Of a DNA stretch of 64,000 bases, positions 1 to 11,107 are shown piece by piece. The notes under the pieces were generated by a model. That model made no database searches and was not told where the DNA came from. It was given only the letters and a program-made list of their open reading frames with translations. Origin of the DNA: Sulfurospirillum sp. GTDB lineage: Bacteria > Campylobacterota > Campylobacteria > Campylobacterales > Sulfurospirillaceae. The stretch spans positions 103,599 through 167,598 of the forward strand of contig JASFYR010000009.1 in assembly GCA_045047115.1 (NCBI GenBank). The letters run 5' to 3'. The translations under genes and the position numbers were made by a program. Numbering within the stretch: the stretch's first letter is position 1; the number at the start of each line of letters is the position of its first letter.

Positions 1-186
1 TACGAGATTGATGAAAATGAGGGTTTGTTAAAGATTTCTTTTGGTGCAAGTGCAAAAAATGAGAGAGTATATGTAGAGTTTTTAAAAGATAGAATTTCGT
101 ATTTTCCGGATAATATATTAGCAACAAAAGCAAACCAACTGGCACATAGTTTACTGGATGAGTGGCTAGAGGAAATTAGCGGATGA
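1..186 (+). CDS. trmB: 3' end of a gene truncated by the window edge, probably tRNA (guanine-N7)-methyltransferase
   Basis: Open frame YEIDENEG...LEEISG*, with TGA overlapping the ftsE ATG (ATGA). Identity is inferred from the Campylobacterota trmB-ftsE-ftsX order, not from a motif. Confidence 0.55.
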   Translation, partial: YEIDENEGLLKISFGASAKNERVYVEFLKDRISYFPDNILATKANQLAHSLLDEWLEEISG

Positions 187-854
187 ATTATGTTGTAAGT
201 GCCCAAAAACTCTCTTTGGGTTATGGTGGTGATGAGCCTGTAATTTCCGAGACGGACATAAGTATCAATTCCGGTGATTTTGTATTTATAACAGGAAAGA
301 GTGGTAGTGGCAAATCAACGATTATAAAGTCTTTTTATGGCGAGTTATTACCGCAAAAAGGAAATCTAAATATCTGTGGTGTTGATGTTAAAAAGCTAAA
401 TAGAACAAAGTTAAACAAACTAAGGAGATATCTAGGCATAGTATTTCAAGACTATAAACTCATAGAGAGTTGGACTATTGAAAAAAATATCATGTTGCCC
501 TTGATGATAGGCGGTTTTTCCAAATCAGTTTGTGAGGCACAGGCATTGAAGCTCTTAAGACATGTAAAATTAACTCATAAAATAGGAAAATACCCATTGG
601 AGCTTAGTGGCGGCGAGCAACAAAGAGTTGCGATTGCAAGAGCATTGGCACACAATCCCGTGTTAATTTTAGCAGATGAACCTACAGGAAATCTGGATGA
701 TTACTCTAGTGAGGTTATTTGGAATCTTTTAAAAAATGCAAGAGAACATTTGGGTACAACTGTGGTTATCGTGACTCATCACATACCATCTACTATAGGG
801 GTAAATTATAAACACTTTTTTATCGACAAAGGAGTGTTGTATGAAGTCTCTTAA
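183..854 (+). CDS. ftsE: Cell division ATP-binding protein FtsE
   Basis: Walker [43 protein letters not shown]; directly followed by ftsX. Confidence 0.93.
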   Translation: MNYVVSAQKLSLGYGGDEPVISETDISINSGDFVFITGKSGSGKSTIIKSFYGELLPQKGNLNICGVDVKKLNRTKLNKLRRYLGIVFQDYKLIESWTIEKNIMLPLMIGGFSKSVCEAQALKLLRHVKLTHKIGKYPLELSGGEQQRVAIARALAHNPVLILADEPTGNLDDYSSEVIWNLLKNAREHLGTTVVIVTHHIPSTIGVNYKHFFIDKGVLYEVS

Positions 855-1647
855 AAATCATATTTCAGTTATTTTGACTCTGTTTGTTTTGCTTTTTAGT
901 GTCCAGTTCAGTATAGAGATGTATAAAGTTATAGAGGAACAAAATCAAAAATTGATAGAAAATTATTCTATAGTGGTTGTTTCTCAAAAGAGATTGAAAA
1001 TAGAAAATATACATGATGCTATAAAGGATATAGATTCAATTTTTCCCATAAGCACAAAAAAAATTATCGATAAATTAAAGAACAGCATGACACCTGAAAA
1101 TTTATCGATGTTGAAAATCGCACTTCCTTACTTTTATACTCTAAAGCTAAACACTCTCCCCGATAAAAATAGATTGGAGAAGATAAAACATACTCTAATG
1201 TCTGTCAAAAGCATCTCTAGAGTAGAGATATTTACCAAAACATATGAGGGTATATATAGGATTTTACAGATATTGCAGTTTTTTACATATATTTTTAATG
1301 CAATTATATTTTTTATGTCTATACTTTTACTCTTTAAGCATATTAAAATTTGGATACTGGAACATGAAGAAAAGATAAAAATCATGGGTTATTTTGGTGC
1401 GAGCTATTGGATAAAGAGTGCATTTTTATACAGATTGGTATTTATCGATTCTTTGGTTAGTACAATGTTTGTAGGGCTTCTGTTTTTTTATTTTTCAAAC
1501 AGTCTGTATATTGAAAATAAACTTTCTATACTCAATATAAGTCTTCCAAAATTTAGTATAGTTTATGATGCTGGCGTATTGTTTGCTATTGCTCTGTCGT
1601 TATCGTTGGTGATTGTTACAATTGTTTCTAGAAAAATGAGTAGATAG
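841..1647 (+). CDS. ftsX: Cell division permease FtsX
   Basis: One N-terminal TM, periplasmic domain, three C-terminal TMs with IMGYFGAS; coupled to ftsE. Confidence 0.85.
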   Translation: MKSLKNHISVILTLFVLLFSVQFSIEMYKVIEEQNQKLIENYSIVVVSQKRLKIENIHDAIKDIDSIFPISTKKIIDKLKNSMTPENLSMLKIALPYFYTLKLNTLPDKNRLEKIKHTLMSVKSISRVEIFTKTYEGIYRILQILQFFTYIFNAIIFFMSILLLFKHIKIWILEHEEKIKIMGYFGASYWIKSAFLYRLVFIDSLVSTMFVGLLFFYFSNSLYIENKLSILNISLPKFSIVYDAGVLFAIALSLSLVIVTIVSRKMSR

Positions 1648-1651
1648 CGCA

Positions 1652-2872
1652 ATGACGAAAGCTGTTTTTTTACTCTTATGCGTCTCTGTCCTCTTTTTAC
1701 ATCTGGATGCGAGTGTCGGAAATAAGATAAAACAACAAGCAAATTATTTAAAATCCAAAGGGAGAATGGAAAAAAGAATCACCAGGAAACTGAATGATTT
1801 GGCAAATGAGATTTTGGGGCAAATTAAAAATCTAAATCGACTAAAGCAACAAATTGATAATCTGAATAAAAACATCAAATCCAATGAGGTTGATATAGAA
1901 AGAAAGTACAAAATACTCGATAAACTACTAAGCAGCAACAAAGAGTTATCTTCTCAAAAGAAAGATTTAGAAAAAAAGATAATAAAAATTATAGCAAAAG
2001 ATTTTTCCTACTATCTTATCAATAATAAAAATTTTATTGAAACAAAAGACTCTATCGTAGCTGGTGAAGTTGTCGAGAAGATGGATACAATTTTAAGAAG
2101 AGAATTTAGAAAACTCTCTATAAGCTATGAAAATATAAACGGTAAAATTTCTACACGAAAAAAAGAGATAAAATCCATAAAAATATATATAGATAACTCT
2201 AAAAAACAAAAAGAGAGATTGTTGAGATTAAAAAAACGCAGAGTATCAGCAATCAAAAAACTAAATAATGAAAAATCAAACTATAAAAACAGACTGTACC
2301 GAATAAAAAAAGAGAAGCTGAGCATAAGAGAGACTTTGGAAAAACTAAAAATATTGAAAAAAGCACAAAATTTAAAAGCTCAAAGAAAAAAAGAGTTAAG
2401 AAGAAGAGTTAAACGACAGGGAAATTCAAAACTAAGTGTTCGTCAAATTGGATCATCTTATCAAGTCAGCAAGGTAAAAAGATATAGAGGCGCAAAGACA
2501 ATAGCACCACTGACGAGTTTTGTTGTGAAGAGAAAATTTGGCAACTATATTGATCCGATTTATAATATAAAAATATTTAATGAGTCAGTAACACTTGCAT
2601 CGAAAATTAAAAATGCAAAGGTTAAAAATATACTAAATGGCAAAGTTGTTTTTGCAAAGGATACAGCAGTTCTGGATAAAGTCATAATTATCGAGAACTA
2701 CAATGGAATTCATACAATATATGCGCATTTGAGCAAGATCGCACCAACCATCAAAGTAGGGAAAAAAATCAAAAAAGGGTATATTATAGGAAGGGTGGAC
2801 AGAGATTTGACCTTTGAAGTGACTCAAAAAAATTATCATATAAATCCTCTGCAATTGATAAAATTAAATTAG
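1652..2872 (+). CDS. envC: EnvC-like murein hydrolase activator (signal peptide, coiled coil, degenerate M23 domain)
   Basis: Long coiled coil, then M23-like HTIYAHLS...VKVG-type region lacking the Zn ligands (NESVTL, DLTFEV); follows ftsEX. Confidence 0.75.
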   Translation: MTKAVFLLLCVSVLFLHLDASVGNKIKQQANYLKSKGRMEKRITRKLNDLANEILGQIKNLNRLKQQIDNLNKNIKSNEVDIERKYKILDKLLSSNKELSSQKKDLEKKIIKIIAKDFSYYLINNKNFIETKDSIVAGEVVEKMDTILRREFRKLSISYENINGKISTRKKEIKSIKIYIDNSKKQKERLLRLKKRRVSAIKKLNNEKSNYKNRLYRIKKEKLSIRETLEKLKILKKAQNLKAQRKKELRRRVKRQGNSKLSVRQIGSSYQVSKVKRYRGAKTIAPLTSFVVKRKFGNYIDPIYNIKIFNESVTLASKIKNAKVKNILNGKVVFAKDTAVLDKVIIIENYNGIHTIYAHLSKIAPTIKVGKKIKKGYIIGRVDRDLTFEVTQKNYHINPLQLIKLN

Positions 2873-2894
2873 TTTTTTAGTTATATTTGGATAA

Positions 2895-3656
<762 letters not shown>

Positions 3657-3703
3657 AACAGAGGTTTGCATAACTGCAAGGTTGTGCTTTAGTAGCGCGT
3701 GAA

Positions 3704-3730
3704 TTTATCAGGAATTCACTTCCTGATAAA
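3704..3730. other. Perfect 11-bp stem hairpin between pyrH and rpoZ
   Basis: TTTATCAGGAA-TTCAC-TTCCTGATAAA. Confidence 0.6.
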
Positions 3731-3752
3731 GATGACAATAAAGGAAAAAAAT

Positions 3753-3965
3753 ATGAGAACAGAACAAATAACAGCCAAAGCACTTAAAAAAATGGATGAT
3801 GATAAATATTTACTCTCGATAGTAGTTGCAAAAAGAGCTGAACAATTAGCAAATGGAGCTACACCATTTGTAAAAGCTGACAACAGAGAAAAGTTTACTG
3901 ACATTGCCCTTAAAGAGATAGCTGAGGGAAAAGTGGGATTAGAGTCTATAACTGATATAAAATGA
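3753..3965 (+). CDS. rpoZ: RNA polymerase omega subunit
   Basis: [11 protein letters not shown]...[16 protein letters not shown]...[18 protein letters not shown] before ATG 3753; upstream of spoT. Confidence 0.92.
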   Translation: MRTEQITAKALKKMDDDKYLLSIVVAKRAEQLANGATPFVKADNREKFTDIALKEIAEGKVGLESITDIK

Positions 3966-6124
3966 TATTAGAAGATCTAACCAAGAGAATAAAACAATCA
4001 AAAGATGTAGAGACATCCATCTCTATTTTGAAAAGTTTCACAGAGATTACTCCACTTATACAAAAAGGAATTGATTTTTCTATCAAGCAACACCACGGGC
4101 AATTTAGAAAAAGTGGTGAAAAGTATGTCAATCATCCTATACTTGTGGCTTCGTTGGTAGCCTTTTATGGCGGTGATGAAGCTATGATAGTAGCTGGTCT
4201 TCTTCATGATGTTGTTGAAGACACAAATTGTGAAATTGAAACAATAGATAAAAATTTCACAAAAGAGATAGGTGCCCTTGTGGAGGGCTTGACTAAAATC
4301 ATGGAGATTCGTGATATTGAGTTGATACCTTCTTATTCAAACGAAAGGATTATATCCTCTGCTTTGACATTTAGAAAAATGCTACTCGCCTCCATAAGTG
4401 ATGTAAGGGTTTTGGTTATAAAACTTTGTGACAGACTGCACAACATGATGACACTGCATGGTCTCTCCCCTGCAAAACAGAGAAGAATCAGCGAAGAGAC
4501 AGTGGTTGTATATGCTCCTATTGCCCATAGGCTTGGTATATCTTCAATTAAGAAGTACCTTGAAGACAAAAGTTTTTTTTATGTTATGCCCCTGGAGTAT
4601 AAAAAGATAGATGATTATATCAATGAACATAAACAACAGCTTCAGCTAAGGCTAAACCATTTTGCATCAAAAATAAGAACTTTAATGCTTAAAGATGGTT
4701 TTAATGAGAGTGATTTTACACTTATAAAAAGAATCAAACACCACTATTCAATATATCTTAAAATGCAAAGAAAAGGAATAACTATAGAAGAAGTTTTAGA
4801 TCTTCTTGCTATAAGAGTGATAGTGGAAAAGAGTATAGATTGCTATAAAGTGCTAGGATTGATACATCTGCAGTTCAACCCTTTGATTTCAAGATTTAAA
4901 GACTACATTGCAATTCCAAAAGAGAATGGTTATCAAACTATACACACTACAGTTTTTGATAACAAATCCATAATAGAGTCCCAAATCAGAACATATGACA
5001 TGGATAAAACTGCTGAATTTGGCTTGGCGGCTCATTGGAAATACAAAAGTGGAGGACTAAATCCAAAGCTTGATTGGCTTGATGAACTTAAAAACCAAAA
5101 TGATGAGATTGAAAATATTGAGGAGTTCTATCAGATAGCCAAAGACAATCTGTATAGTGAAGACATCGCTGTTTTTTCGCCAAAAGGAGATATTTTCTCT
5201 CTTCCTCGTGGCGCTACTGTGCTTGACTTTGCTTATGAAGTTCATACGGAAGTAGGAATATTTGCAAAAGAGGCTTATGTTAATAAACAAAGAGCCCCTC
5301 TTTTAAGCGAATTGAAAAACGGTGATATAGTTAGAATTGTTACTTCGAAAGAGCCAAAATTCAGATGCAGTTGGATTAAGAGTGTAAAGACTGGCAAAGC
5401 AATCAACTCTATAAGGACAAGCTGTAGACAGAAGATCAAAGACATTAACCAAAAGATAGCTATAAATTTGTTGAAAAATACATTTAATACAAAAGAAAAA
5501 AAGATCGAAGATTGGTTGGAAAAAGAAAATTTGACAAAAAAAGTATTTAAGATTACTTCTGATTCGGTATATTTTAAAGATGTAGTAAATGCACTTAAAA
5601 AATATTCAAAAGCTGAAAGTTTGATATTTCCACTATTGAAATTTGATAAATTTAAGATAAAAAAACAAAAATTTGAAAATATAGTAGTTTATTCTAATCA
5701 AAATATATCAAATGTCTTTTTTGATTTTTGCTGTCATCCTAAAAGAGGTGATGACATAATGGGCTTCAAAAAAGGAAATCAGGTTTTTGTTCATCATAAA
5801 TTGTGTGATAGGGCATATGAACTGTTGAAAAAAGATGCCAACATGGTATTTGTTAAGTGGACAAGAGATGCTCCGGAGAGATATAAGCTAATTGTAAGCT
5901 TGGAAAATAAAAGGGGCGCTTTAGCATCTTTTTTGGCATATTTAGCTAAAATGCAGATAAATTTAGTAACAATTGAGTTGGGAAAATCTGAAGAAGGTCA
6001 TGTTGATTTTTTTGAAATGATACTTGAACTTCCTGATAAATCCATAAACTCTATTAGAAATAACTTAAAATCAAGATATAGTGTGATAGAGTTTGTTTCT
6101 ATAAACGATGCCTATAAGAATTAG
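3962..6124 (+). CDS. spoT: Bifunctional (p)ppGpp synthetase/hydrolase
   Basis: HD motif [16 protein letters not shown], synthetase [20 protein letters not shown] (DFAYEVHT) and ACT domains. Confidence 0.96.
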   Translation: MILEDLTKRIKQSKDVETSISILKSFTEITPLIQKGIDFSIKQHHGQFRKSGEKYVNHPILVASLVAFYGGDEAMIVAGLLHDVVEDTNCEIETIDKNFTKEIGALVEGLTKIMEIRDIELIPSYSNERIISSALTFRKMLLASISDVRVLVIKLCDRLHNMMTLHGLSPAKQRRISEETVVVYAPIAHRLGISSIKKYLEDKSFFYVMPLEYKKIDDYINEHKQQLQLRLNHFASKIRTLMLKDGFNESDFTLIKRIKHHYSIYLKMQRKGITIEEVLDLLAIRVIVEKSIDCYKVLGLIHLQFNPLISRFKDYIAIPKENGYQTIHTTVFDNKSIIESQIRTYDMDKTAEFGLAAHWKYKSGGLNPKLDWLDELKNQNDEIENIEEFYQIAKDNLYSEDIAVFSPKGDIFSLPRGATVLDFAYEVHTEVGIFAKEAYVNKQRAPLLSELKNGDIVRIVTSKEPKFRCSWIKSVKTGKAINSIRTSCRQKIKDINQKIAINLLKNTFNTKEKKIEDWLEKENLTKKVFKITSDSVYFKDVVNALKKYSKAESLIFPLLKFDKFKIKKQKFENIVVYSNQNISNVFFDFCCHPKRGDDIMGFKKGNQVFVHHKLCDRAYELLKKDANMVFVKWTRDAPERYKLIVSLENKRGALASFLAYLAKMQINLVTIELGKSEEGHVDFFEMILELPDKSINSIRNNLKSRYSVIEFVSINDAYKN

Positions 6125-6134
6125 AAGGAAAAAA

Positions 6135-7334
6135 ATGATAGAAAATGCTTTAAGAGAGATAAAGCGCGGAGTCAGCGAGATAATTGATGAAAAAAGAGTA
6201 ATAGAGCTTCTTAAAAACTACTTTGAAAAAGGTGAGGGTTATTTTGTGAAAGCTGGTTTTGATCCTACTGCACCGGATCTTCATTTAGGCCATACGGTCC
6301 TCCTTCAGAAGATGGCGTTATTTCAAAAATATGGAGCAACAGTGCAGTTTATCATAGGTGATTTTACCGGTATGATAGGAGATCCTACAGGTAAAAGCGA
6401 GACTAGAAAAAAGCTTGACAAAGAGACAGTCTTAAAAAATGCTAAAAGCTATGAAGAGCAGGTCTTCAAGATACTTGACCCTAAAAAAACACAGATTTTA
6501 TTTAACTCATCTTGGATAAATGAGTTAGGCTCTACTGGTATGTTAGAGTTAACAACTACTTTCAATGTTGCAAGAATGTTGGAGAGAGAAGACTTTGAAA
6601 AAAGATATAAATCAAACGCTCCTATCTCTATAAGTGAGTTTCTCTATCCTCTTTTGCAGGGATATGACAGTGTTGCTATAAAATCTGATATTGAGATGGG
6701 AGGAACTGATCAAAAATTTAACCTTTTGATGGGAAGACACTTGCAAAGAGCTTATAGTACTGGAAAAGAGCAAGCTGTAGTTATGATGCCACTTTTGGAG
6801 GGATTAGACGGGGTTAACAAGATGAGTAAATCTATAGGTAACTATATTGGAGTAACTGATGACCCGAATGATATGTTTGGAAAGATGCTTAGCATCAGTG
6901 ATGACTTGATGTGGAGATATTATGAATTGCTTAGTTCTCTTTCGATAGAGCAGATAGACTCTTTAAAACAAAAAGTAAAAGATGGTTTGCTTCATCCAAA
7001 AAATGTAAAAGAAAATTTAGCGTTGGAGATAGTGCAAAGATATCATGGTGATGAAGCGGCCAAAAATGCAAAAGAAGAATTTGAAAAAGTACATTCAAAA
7101 AACCAACTACCCAGTGATTTGAAAGAATTTGTAACAAAAGAGTCGATCTGGATAGCTCAGGCACTGGTTGATTGTGAGTTGGAGCCTTCAACTTCTCAGG
7201 CGAGAAGAGACATAAAACAAAACGCTGTCAGTGTAAATCAAAATAAGATAAGTGATATGCAAATGCAACTTGGTATTGGTGAATATATACTTCAAGTGGG
7301 AAAAAGAAAGTTTGCAAAATTAAAGGTGATATGA
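6135..7334 (+). CDS. tyrS: Tyrosine--tRNA ligase
   Basis: GFDPTAPDLHLGH, KMSKS, C-terminal S4 domain; start at ATG 6135 after AAGGA. Confidence 0.97.
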   Translation: MIENALREIKRGVSEIIDEKRVIELLKNYFEKGEGYFVKAGFDPTAPDLHLGHTVLLQKMALFQKYGATVQFIIGDFTGMIGDPTGKSETRKKLDKETVLKNAKSYEEQVFKILDPKKTQILFNSSWINELGSTGMLELTTTFNVARMLEREDFEKRYKSNAPISISEFLYPLLQGYDSVAIKSDIEMGGTDQKFNLLMGRHLQRAYSTGKEQAVVMMPLLEGLDGVNKMSKSIGNYIGVTDDPNDMFGKMLSISDDLMWRYYELLSSLSIEQIDSLKQKVKDGLLHPKNVKENLALEIVQRYHGDEAAKNAKEEFEKVHSKNQLPSDLKEFVTKESIWIAQALVDCELEPSTSQARRDIKQNAVSVNQNKISDMQMQLGIGEYILQVGKRKFAKLKVI

Positions 7335-8431
7335 TGGTATTTAAACCCCTAAAAATTGGAAAATATACTATAAAACATCCTATAGTGCAGGGTGGAATGG
7401 GATTAGGAATCAGTTGGGACAATCTAGCAGGGTCGGTAAGCCTAAACGGAGGTTTGGGTGTTGTTAGCTCTGTCGGAACAGGATATTATAAAAATCAAAA
7501 ATATAGCAAAAAAGAGATTAGTGACAGACCTTTTGAGGCTGAAAATTTCTATTCGAGAGATGGCTTAAAAGCTATAATAAACGGTGCAAAAAAGATAGCA
7601 AACGGCAAGCCGATAGCTGTAAATGTTCTTTATGCTATAAATGAATATGGCAGGGTTGCAAGAGATGCATGCGAACTTGGAGCCGATATCATTATAACAG
7701 GAGCCGGACTTCCTACAAATATGCCTGAATTTACCGAGGGTTATCCCGATGTTGCTTTGGTGCCTATTGTTTCGAGTGCAAAGGCGCTTAAAATTATATG
7801 TAAAAGATGGAAACAGAGATATGACAGACTTCCTGATGCTATAGTGGTTGAGGGACCAAAGAGCGGAGGGCATCAGGGATTTACTTATGAGCAGTGCTTC
7901 AAGGATGAATACCAGCTTGAAAATTTGATTAAACCTATAAAAGAAGAGATAAAAAAATGGGGAGATTTTCCACTTATTGCTGCCGGAGGTATTTGGGACC
8001 ATAATGATATAATTAAAGTCATGGAGCTAGGAGCAGATGGTGTTCAAATGGGTACAAGATTTATTGGCACTCATGAGTGTGATGCAAGCGATAATTTTAA
8101 ACAAGTGATTATTGACTCAAAAGAGGAAGATATCAAGCTCTTGAAGTCCCCTGTCGGATATCCGGCTCGTGGAGTAAGAACCAATCTTATAAAAATAGTT
8201 GACAAAAGAGAAGGTCCGAAGATAAAGTGTATCAGTAACTGCGTGAGTCCTTGCCATAGAGGTCAAGAGGCAAAAGAGGTTGGATACTGTATAGCAGATA
8301 GACTTTCCGATGCTTATTTGGGCAGAGTGGATACCGGCCTGTTTTTTACCGGCTCAAACGGATATAAACTAAATGAGATAATTAGCGTTAAAGAGCTTAT
8401 GTATAAGTTGGTAAATGGAGAAAATGCTTAA
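7331..8431 (+). CDS. fabX: Nitronate monooxygenase-family flavoprotein, probable FabX (acyl-ACP dehydrogenase/isomerase of unsaturated fatty acid synthesis)
   Basis: PIVQGGMG, EGPKSGGHQG, AAGGI, QMGTRF and Cys cluster CISNCVSPC...YCIAD; same tyrS-X-amiA position as Helicobacter FabX. Confidence 0.75.
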   Translation: MMVFKPLKIGKYTIKHPIVQGGMGLGISWDNLAGSVSLNGGLGVVSSVGTGYYKNQKYSKKEISDRPFEAENFYSRDGLKAIINGAKKIANGKPIAVNVLYAINEYGRVARDACELGADIIITGAGLPTNMPEFTEGYPDVALVPIVSSAKALKIICKRWKQRYDRLPDAIVVEGPKSGGHQGFTYEQCFKDEYQLENLIKPIKEEIKKWGDFPLIAAGGIWDHNDIIKVMELGADGVQMGTRFIGTHECDASDNFKQVIIDSKEEDIKLLKSPVGYPARGVRTNLIKIVDKREGPKIKCISNCVSPCHRGQEAKEVGYCIADRLSDAYLGRVDTGLFFTGSNGYKLNEIISVKELMYKLVNGENA

Positions 8432-9803
8432 AAAGATATTTTTTCTTATTTTTATCGCATTTTCACTTCTTGCTAGTTCTGCGTATCTTGATAGAGTCTA
8501 CTCATATGACAAGCAGATGAGTTTAGCAAATAGTAGCACTATGCTCAAAATCTTTCACTCCTTGCAAAATATATACATAAAATCCATCATTCAAAACGAT
8601 AGGCTTTTGAAAATTGAGACACTTAAAAGATTAATCAAATGTTCAAAAATTTTAAAAATTAATGAAAAAAATTATAAAAAAGAGCTTTCAACTCTGCTTA
8701 GGCACTCAAATAAAATCAAAAAGAAAAAAGAGGAGACCAAAAGCCGCAGAGTAAGTAAAACTACACCAAAACTCTTGTCGGTTACGACAGATAATAAAAG
8801 TATAAAATTTAAATTTAATCATTATATTAAGGATAAAAATATAAAATCCTTTGCTCTGAAAAGTAGTAAATTTTATAGAAAGATTTATGACATAAATGCT
8901 GTTTTGCCGATAAATATCAAAATTAAAAAACCATATTTACTAAGAAAATTAAGAGTTGCCCAATACAATAAACAGACCATAAGAGTAGTTTTGGAGACAA
9001 GAAAAAGCAGGAATTATTTTCTTAGTATTGATAAAAACAGAGTTATTATCAATTTTTTTAAAAAAACGAAACAGATAAAAAAGACTCTGCCAAATATTAA
9101 ATTTCAACAAAGTTATTTTACTCCCGCAAATAAGGTTATAGTTTTGGATCCCGGGCATGGGGGTAAAGATTCTGGAGCGATAGGCTATCAAAGAAGATAC
9201 GAGAAGAGAGCAGTATTACAAATTGCATTGAAGTGCGCAAGAGAGCTTAAAAAAAGGGGATATAGAGTATATTTAACAAGAAATAGAGACTATTTTGTGA
9301 GCTTAAGAAACAGAACCAAATTTGCAAATAGAAAAAATGCAGATCTATTTATATCCATACATGCAAATGCGGCTCCAAGAAGAAGCAAATATCTCTCGTC
9401 AAAAGGATTGGAGACATTTTTTCTATCTCCCGATAGAAGCAACAGAAGCAAGCATGTCGCAGCACTTGAAAACAGATCTGCTATGGCAGATATGGATTAT
9501 TACACTAAAAATACATTTTTAAGTGTGATGAATCGTGCAAAAATTATTCAGGCAAATAAAATGGCATTAGATACTCAGCAGGCTATACTGAAATCTCTTA
9601 GGAAAAAATACAATGTCGTTGATGGTGGTGTGAGAGAGGCACCATTTTGGGTATTGGTAGGTGCTCAAATGCCAGCAATTTTGATTGAAACAGGATATAT
9701 CACAAATCCCACAGAAGGCGTTAGACTGTTTAATCCCCAATATCAAAATCTATTGGCGAAAGGTGTTGCAAATGGAGTTGATAACTACTTTTTAAAAAAC
9801 TAA
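8424..9803 (+). CDS. amiA: N-acetylmuramoyl-L-alanine amidase (AMIN + Amidase_3)
   Basis: Signal peptide; LDPGHGGKDSGA, SIHAN, ILIETGY motifs. Confidence 0.93.
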   Translation: MLKKIFFLIFIAFSLLASSAYLDRVYSYDKQMSLANSSTMLKIFHSLQNIYIKSIIQNDRLLKIETLKRLIKCSKILKINEKNYKKELSTLLRHSNKIKKKKEETKSRRVSKTTPKLLSVTTDNKSIKFKFNHYIKDKNIKSFALKSSKFYRKIYDINAVLPINIKIKKPYLLRKLRVAQYNKQTIRVVLETRKSRNYFLSIDKNRVIINFFKKTKQIKKTLPNIKFQQSYFTPANKVIVLDPGHGGKDSGAIGYQRRYEKRAVLQIALKCARELKKRGYRVYLTRNRDYFVSLRNRTKFANRKNADLFISIHANAAPRRSKYLSSKGLETFFLSPDRSNRSKHVAALENRSAMADMDYYTKNTFLSVMNRAKIIQANKMALDTQQAILKSLRKKYNVVDGGVREAPFWVLVGAQMPAILIETGYITNPTEGVRLFNPQYQNLLAKGVANGVDNYFLKN

Positions 9804-10543
9804 TACTCATTTGAGTATTTTTTGTCAACTTCATCCATCTTTTTTTTGAAAAAACTACACCATTGCTCTAGAATTTGTCTGTCTTTGTGGGCTAGATATA
9901 TATCAACAGTTTTTTTATCTCCTTCTATCTTTGGCAGTGATGAGAGCTCTAAATCCTCTGGAAGTTCTTCCATAATGTCTATAAGGTCATTTTCGGAACA
10001 GTCTGCTTTGAAACCACAAGAGAATTTATCTGCTTTTTTTTCAAAAAGATTATCAAGTGCCCAAAGTACCATATGGTGAGCCATAGATGGGAAGCCCGGA
10101 GTAAAGAAAAATCTATCTTCAAGATAAAAGCCAGGGACTCTGTTTACTATGTTTTCTAAGAGTTTTGCGCCTTGAGGTATATTTGCCATCTTGACTCTGT
10201 GAGGATATGCTTCATCTTCAAACTCATCTTTTATGAGTTTTAGTGCCTCTTGATTTGTCTTGAGAACTCCACATGTGAAGGCAAGTGCTGCCACTTTTCT
10301 TGTGTAATCATCAGGAGTTGAGCCGATTCCTCCAAAGCAAAACATCACGCTTTTCGGATCTTTGGCTATCATTTCAAATACTCTTTTCATCAAAGCAGGA
10401 TTATCGTTTATGACAAAATTTGCCTCATGTCTCAATCCTCTTTCCCTTAGTAACTTGTTGAAAAAGGAAAAATGCTTATCTTCTCTTCTGCCGTTTAAGA
10501 GTTCAGTACCGATTATGACGCTGTAAAAGTTGTGGCTATCCAT
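9800..10543 (-). CDS. CinA-like / molybdopterin-binding domain protein
   Basis: IIGTELLNGRRED, GGIGSTPDDYT, PGFP motifs. Confidence 0.8.
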   Translation of the reverse strand: MDSHNFYSVIIGTELLNGRREDKHFSFFNKLLRERGLRHEANFVINDNPALMKRVFEMIAKDPKSVMFCFGGIGSTPDDYTRKVAALAFTCGVLKTNQEALKLIKDEFEDEAYPHRVKMANIPQGAKLLENIVNRVPGFYLEDRFFFTPGFPSMAHHMVLWALDNLFEKKADKFSCGFKADCSENDLIDIMEELPEDLELSSLPKIEGDKKTVDIYLAHKDRQILEQWCSFFKKKMDEVDKKYSNEY

Positions 10544-11105
10544 ATATCAACTCCATCATTTCTTCTACTATCTCTTCAATTTCTCTCTCTCCGTCAACTT
10601 TAACAAGAAGATTTTTAGAGCCATAAAAGTCTCTTATTTCATTTAGAGGTTCATTATAAACCTCCATCCTTTTATTGAAAATTTCCTCTTTGTCATCGGC
10701 ACCTCTGGCTCTTCCTAAAACTCTATTTTTAGCAGTCTCTTTAGAAACTTCTACTTCTATCACTCTTTTAAGCTTGATATTTTTACTATTTTTCAGCTCT
10801 TTTTCAAGTTCCGTCATTTGCTCTACAGATCTTGGGAAGCCATCAATGATCACAGTTTTTTTATCTGTGCTGTTTATGGCTTTGACGATAGTTTCTACTG
10901 CAATTTTTACCGGTACTAGGTTACCAGCGCTTATCTTTTTATTTATAATCTTTCCCAAGTTGCTTCCGGATTTTACCTCTTGCCTTAAAAGTTCTCCTGT
11001 TGAAAAGTGTGCAGTTGTATCAGCGTTTTTATCTGCTATTATCTGCGCATCAGTTGTTTTGCCACTTCCGGGAGCTCCTATTATCAAAAAGAGAAATTTT
11101 GCCAT
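10536..11105 (-). CDS. adk: Adenylate kinase, short-lid type
   Basis: GAPGSGKTT, STGELLR, IDGFPRS, RARGADD short lid; follows aspS as in Campylobacter/Helicobacter. Confidence 0.9.
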   Translation of the reverse strand: MAKFLFLIIGAPGSGKTTDAQIIADKNADTTAHFSTGELLRQEVKSGSNLGKIINKKISAGNLVPVKIAVETIVKAINSTDKKTVIIDGFPRSVEQMTELEKELKNSKNIKLKRVIEVEVSKETAKNRVLGRARGADDKEEIFNKRMEVYNEPLNEIRDFYGSKNLLVKVDGEREIEEIVEEMMELIYG

Positions 11106-11107
11106 AA

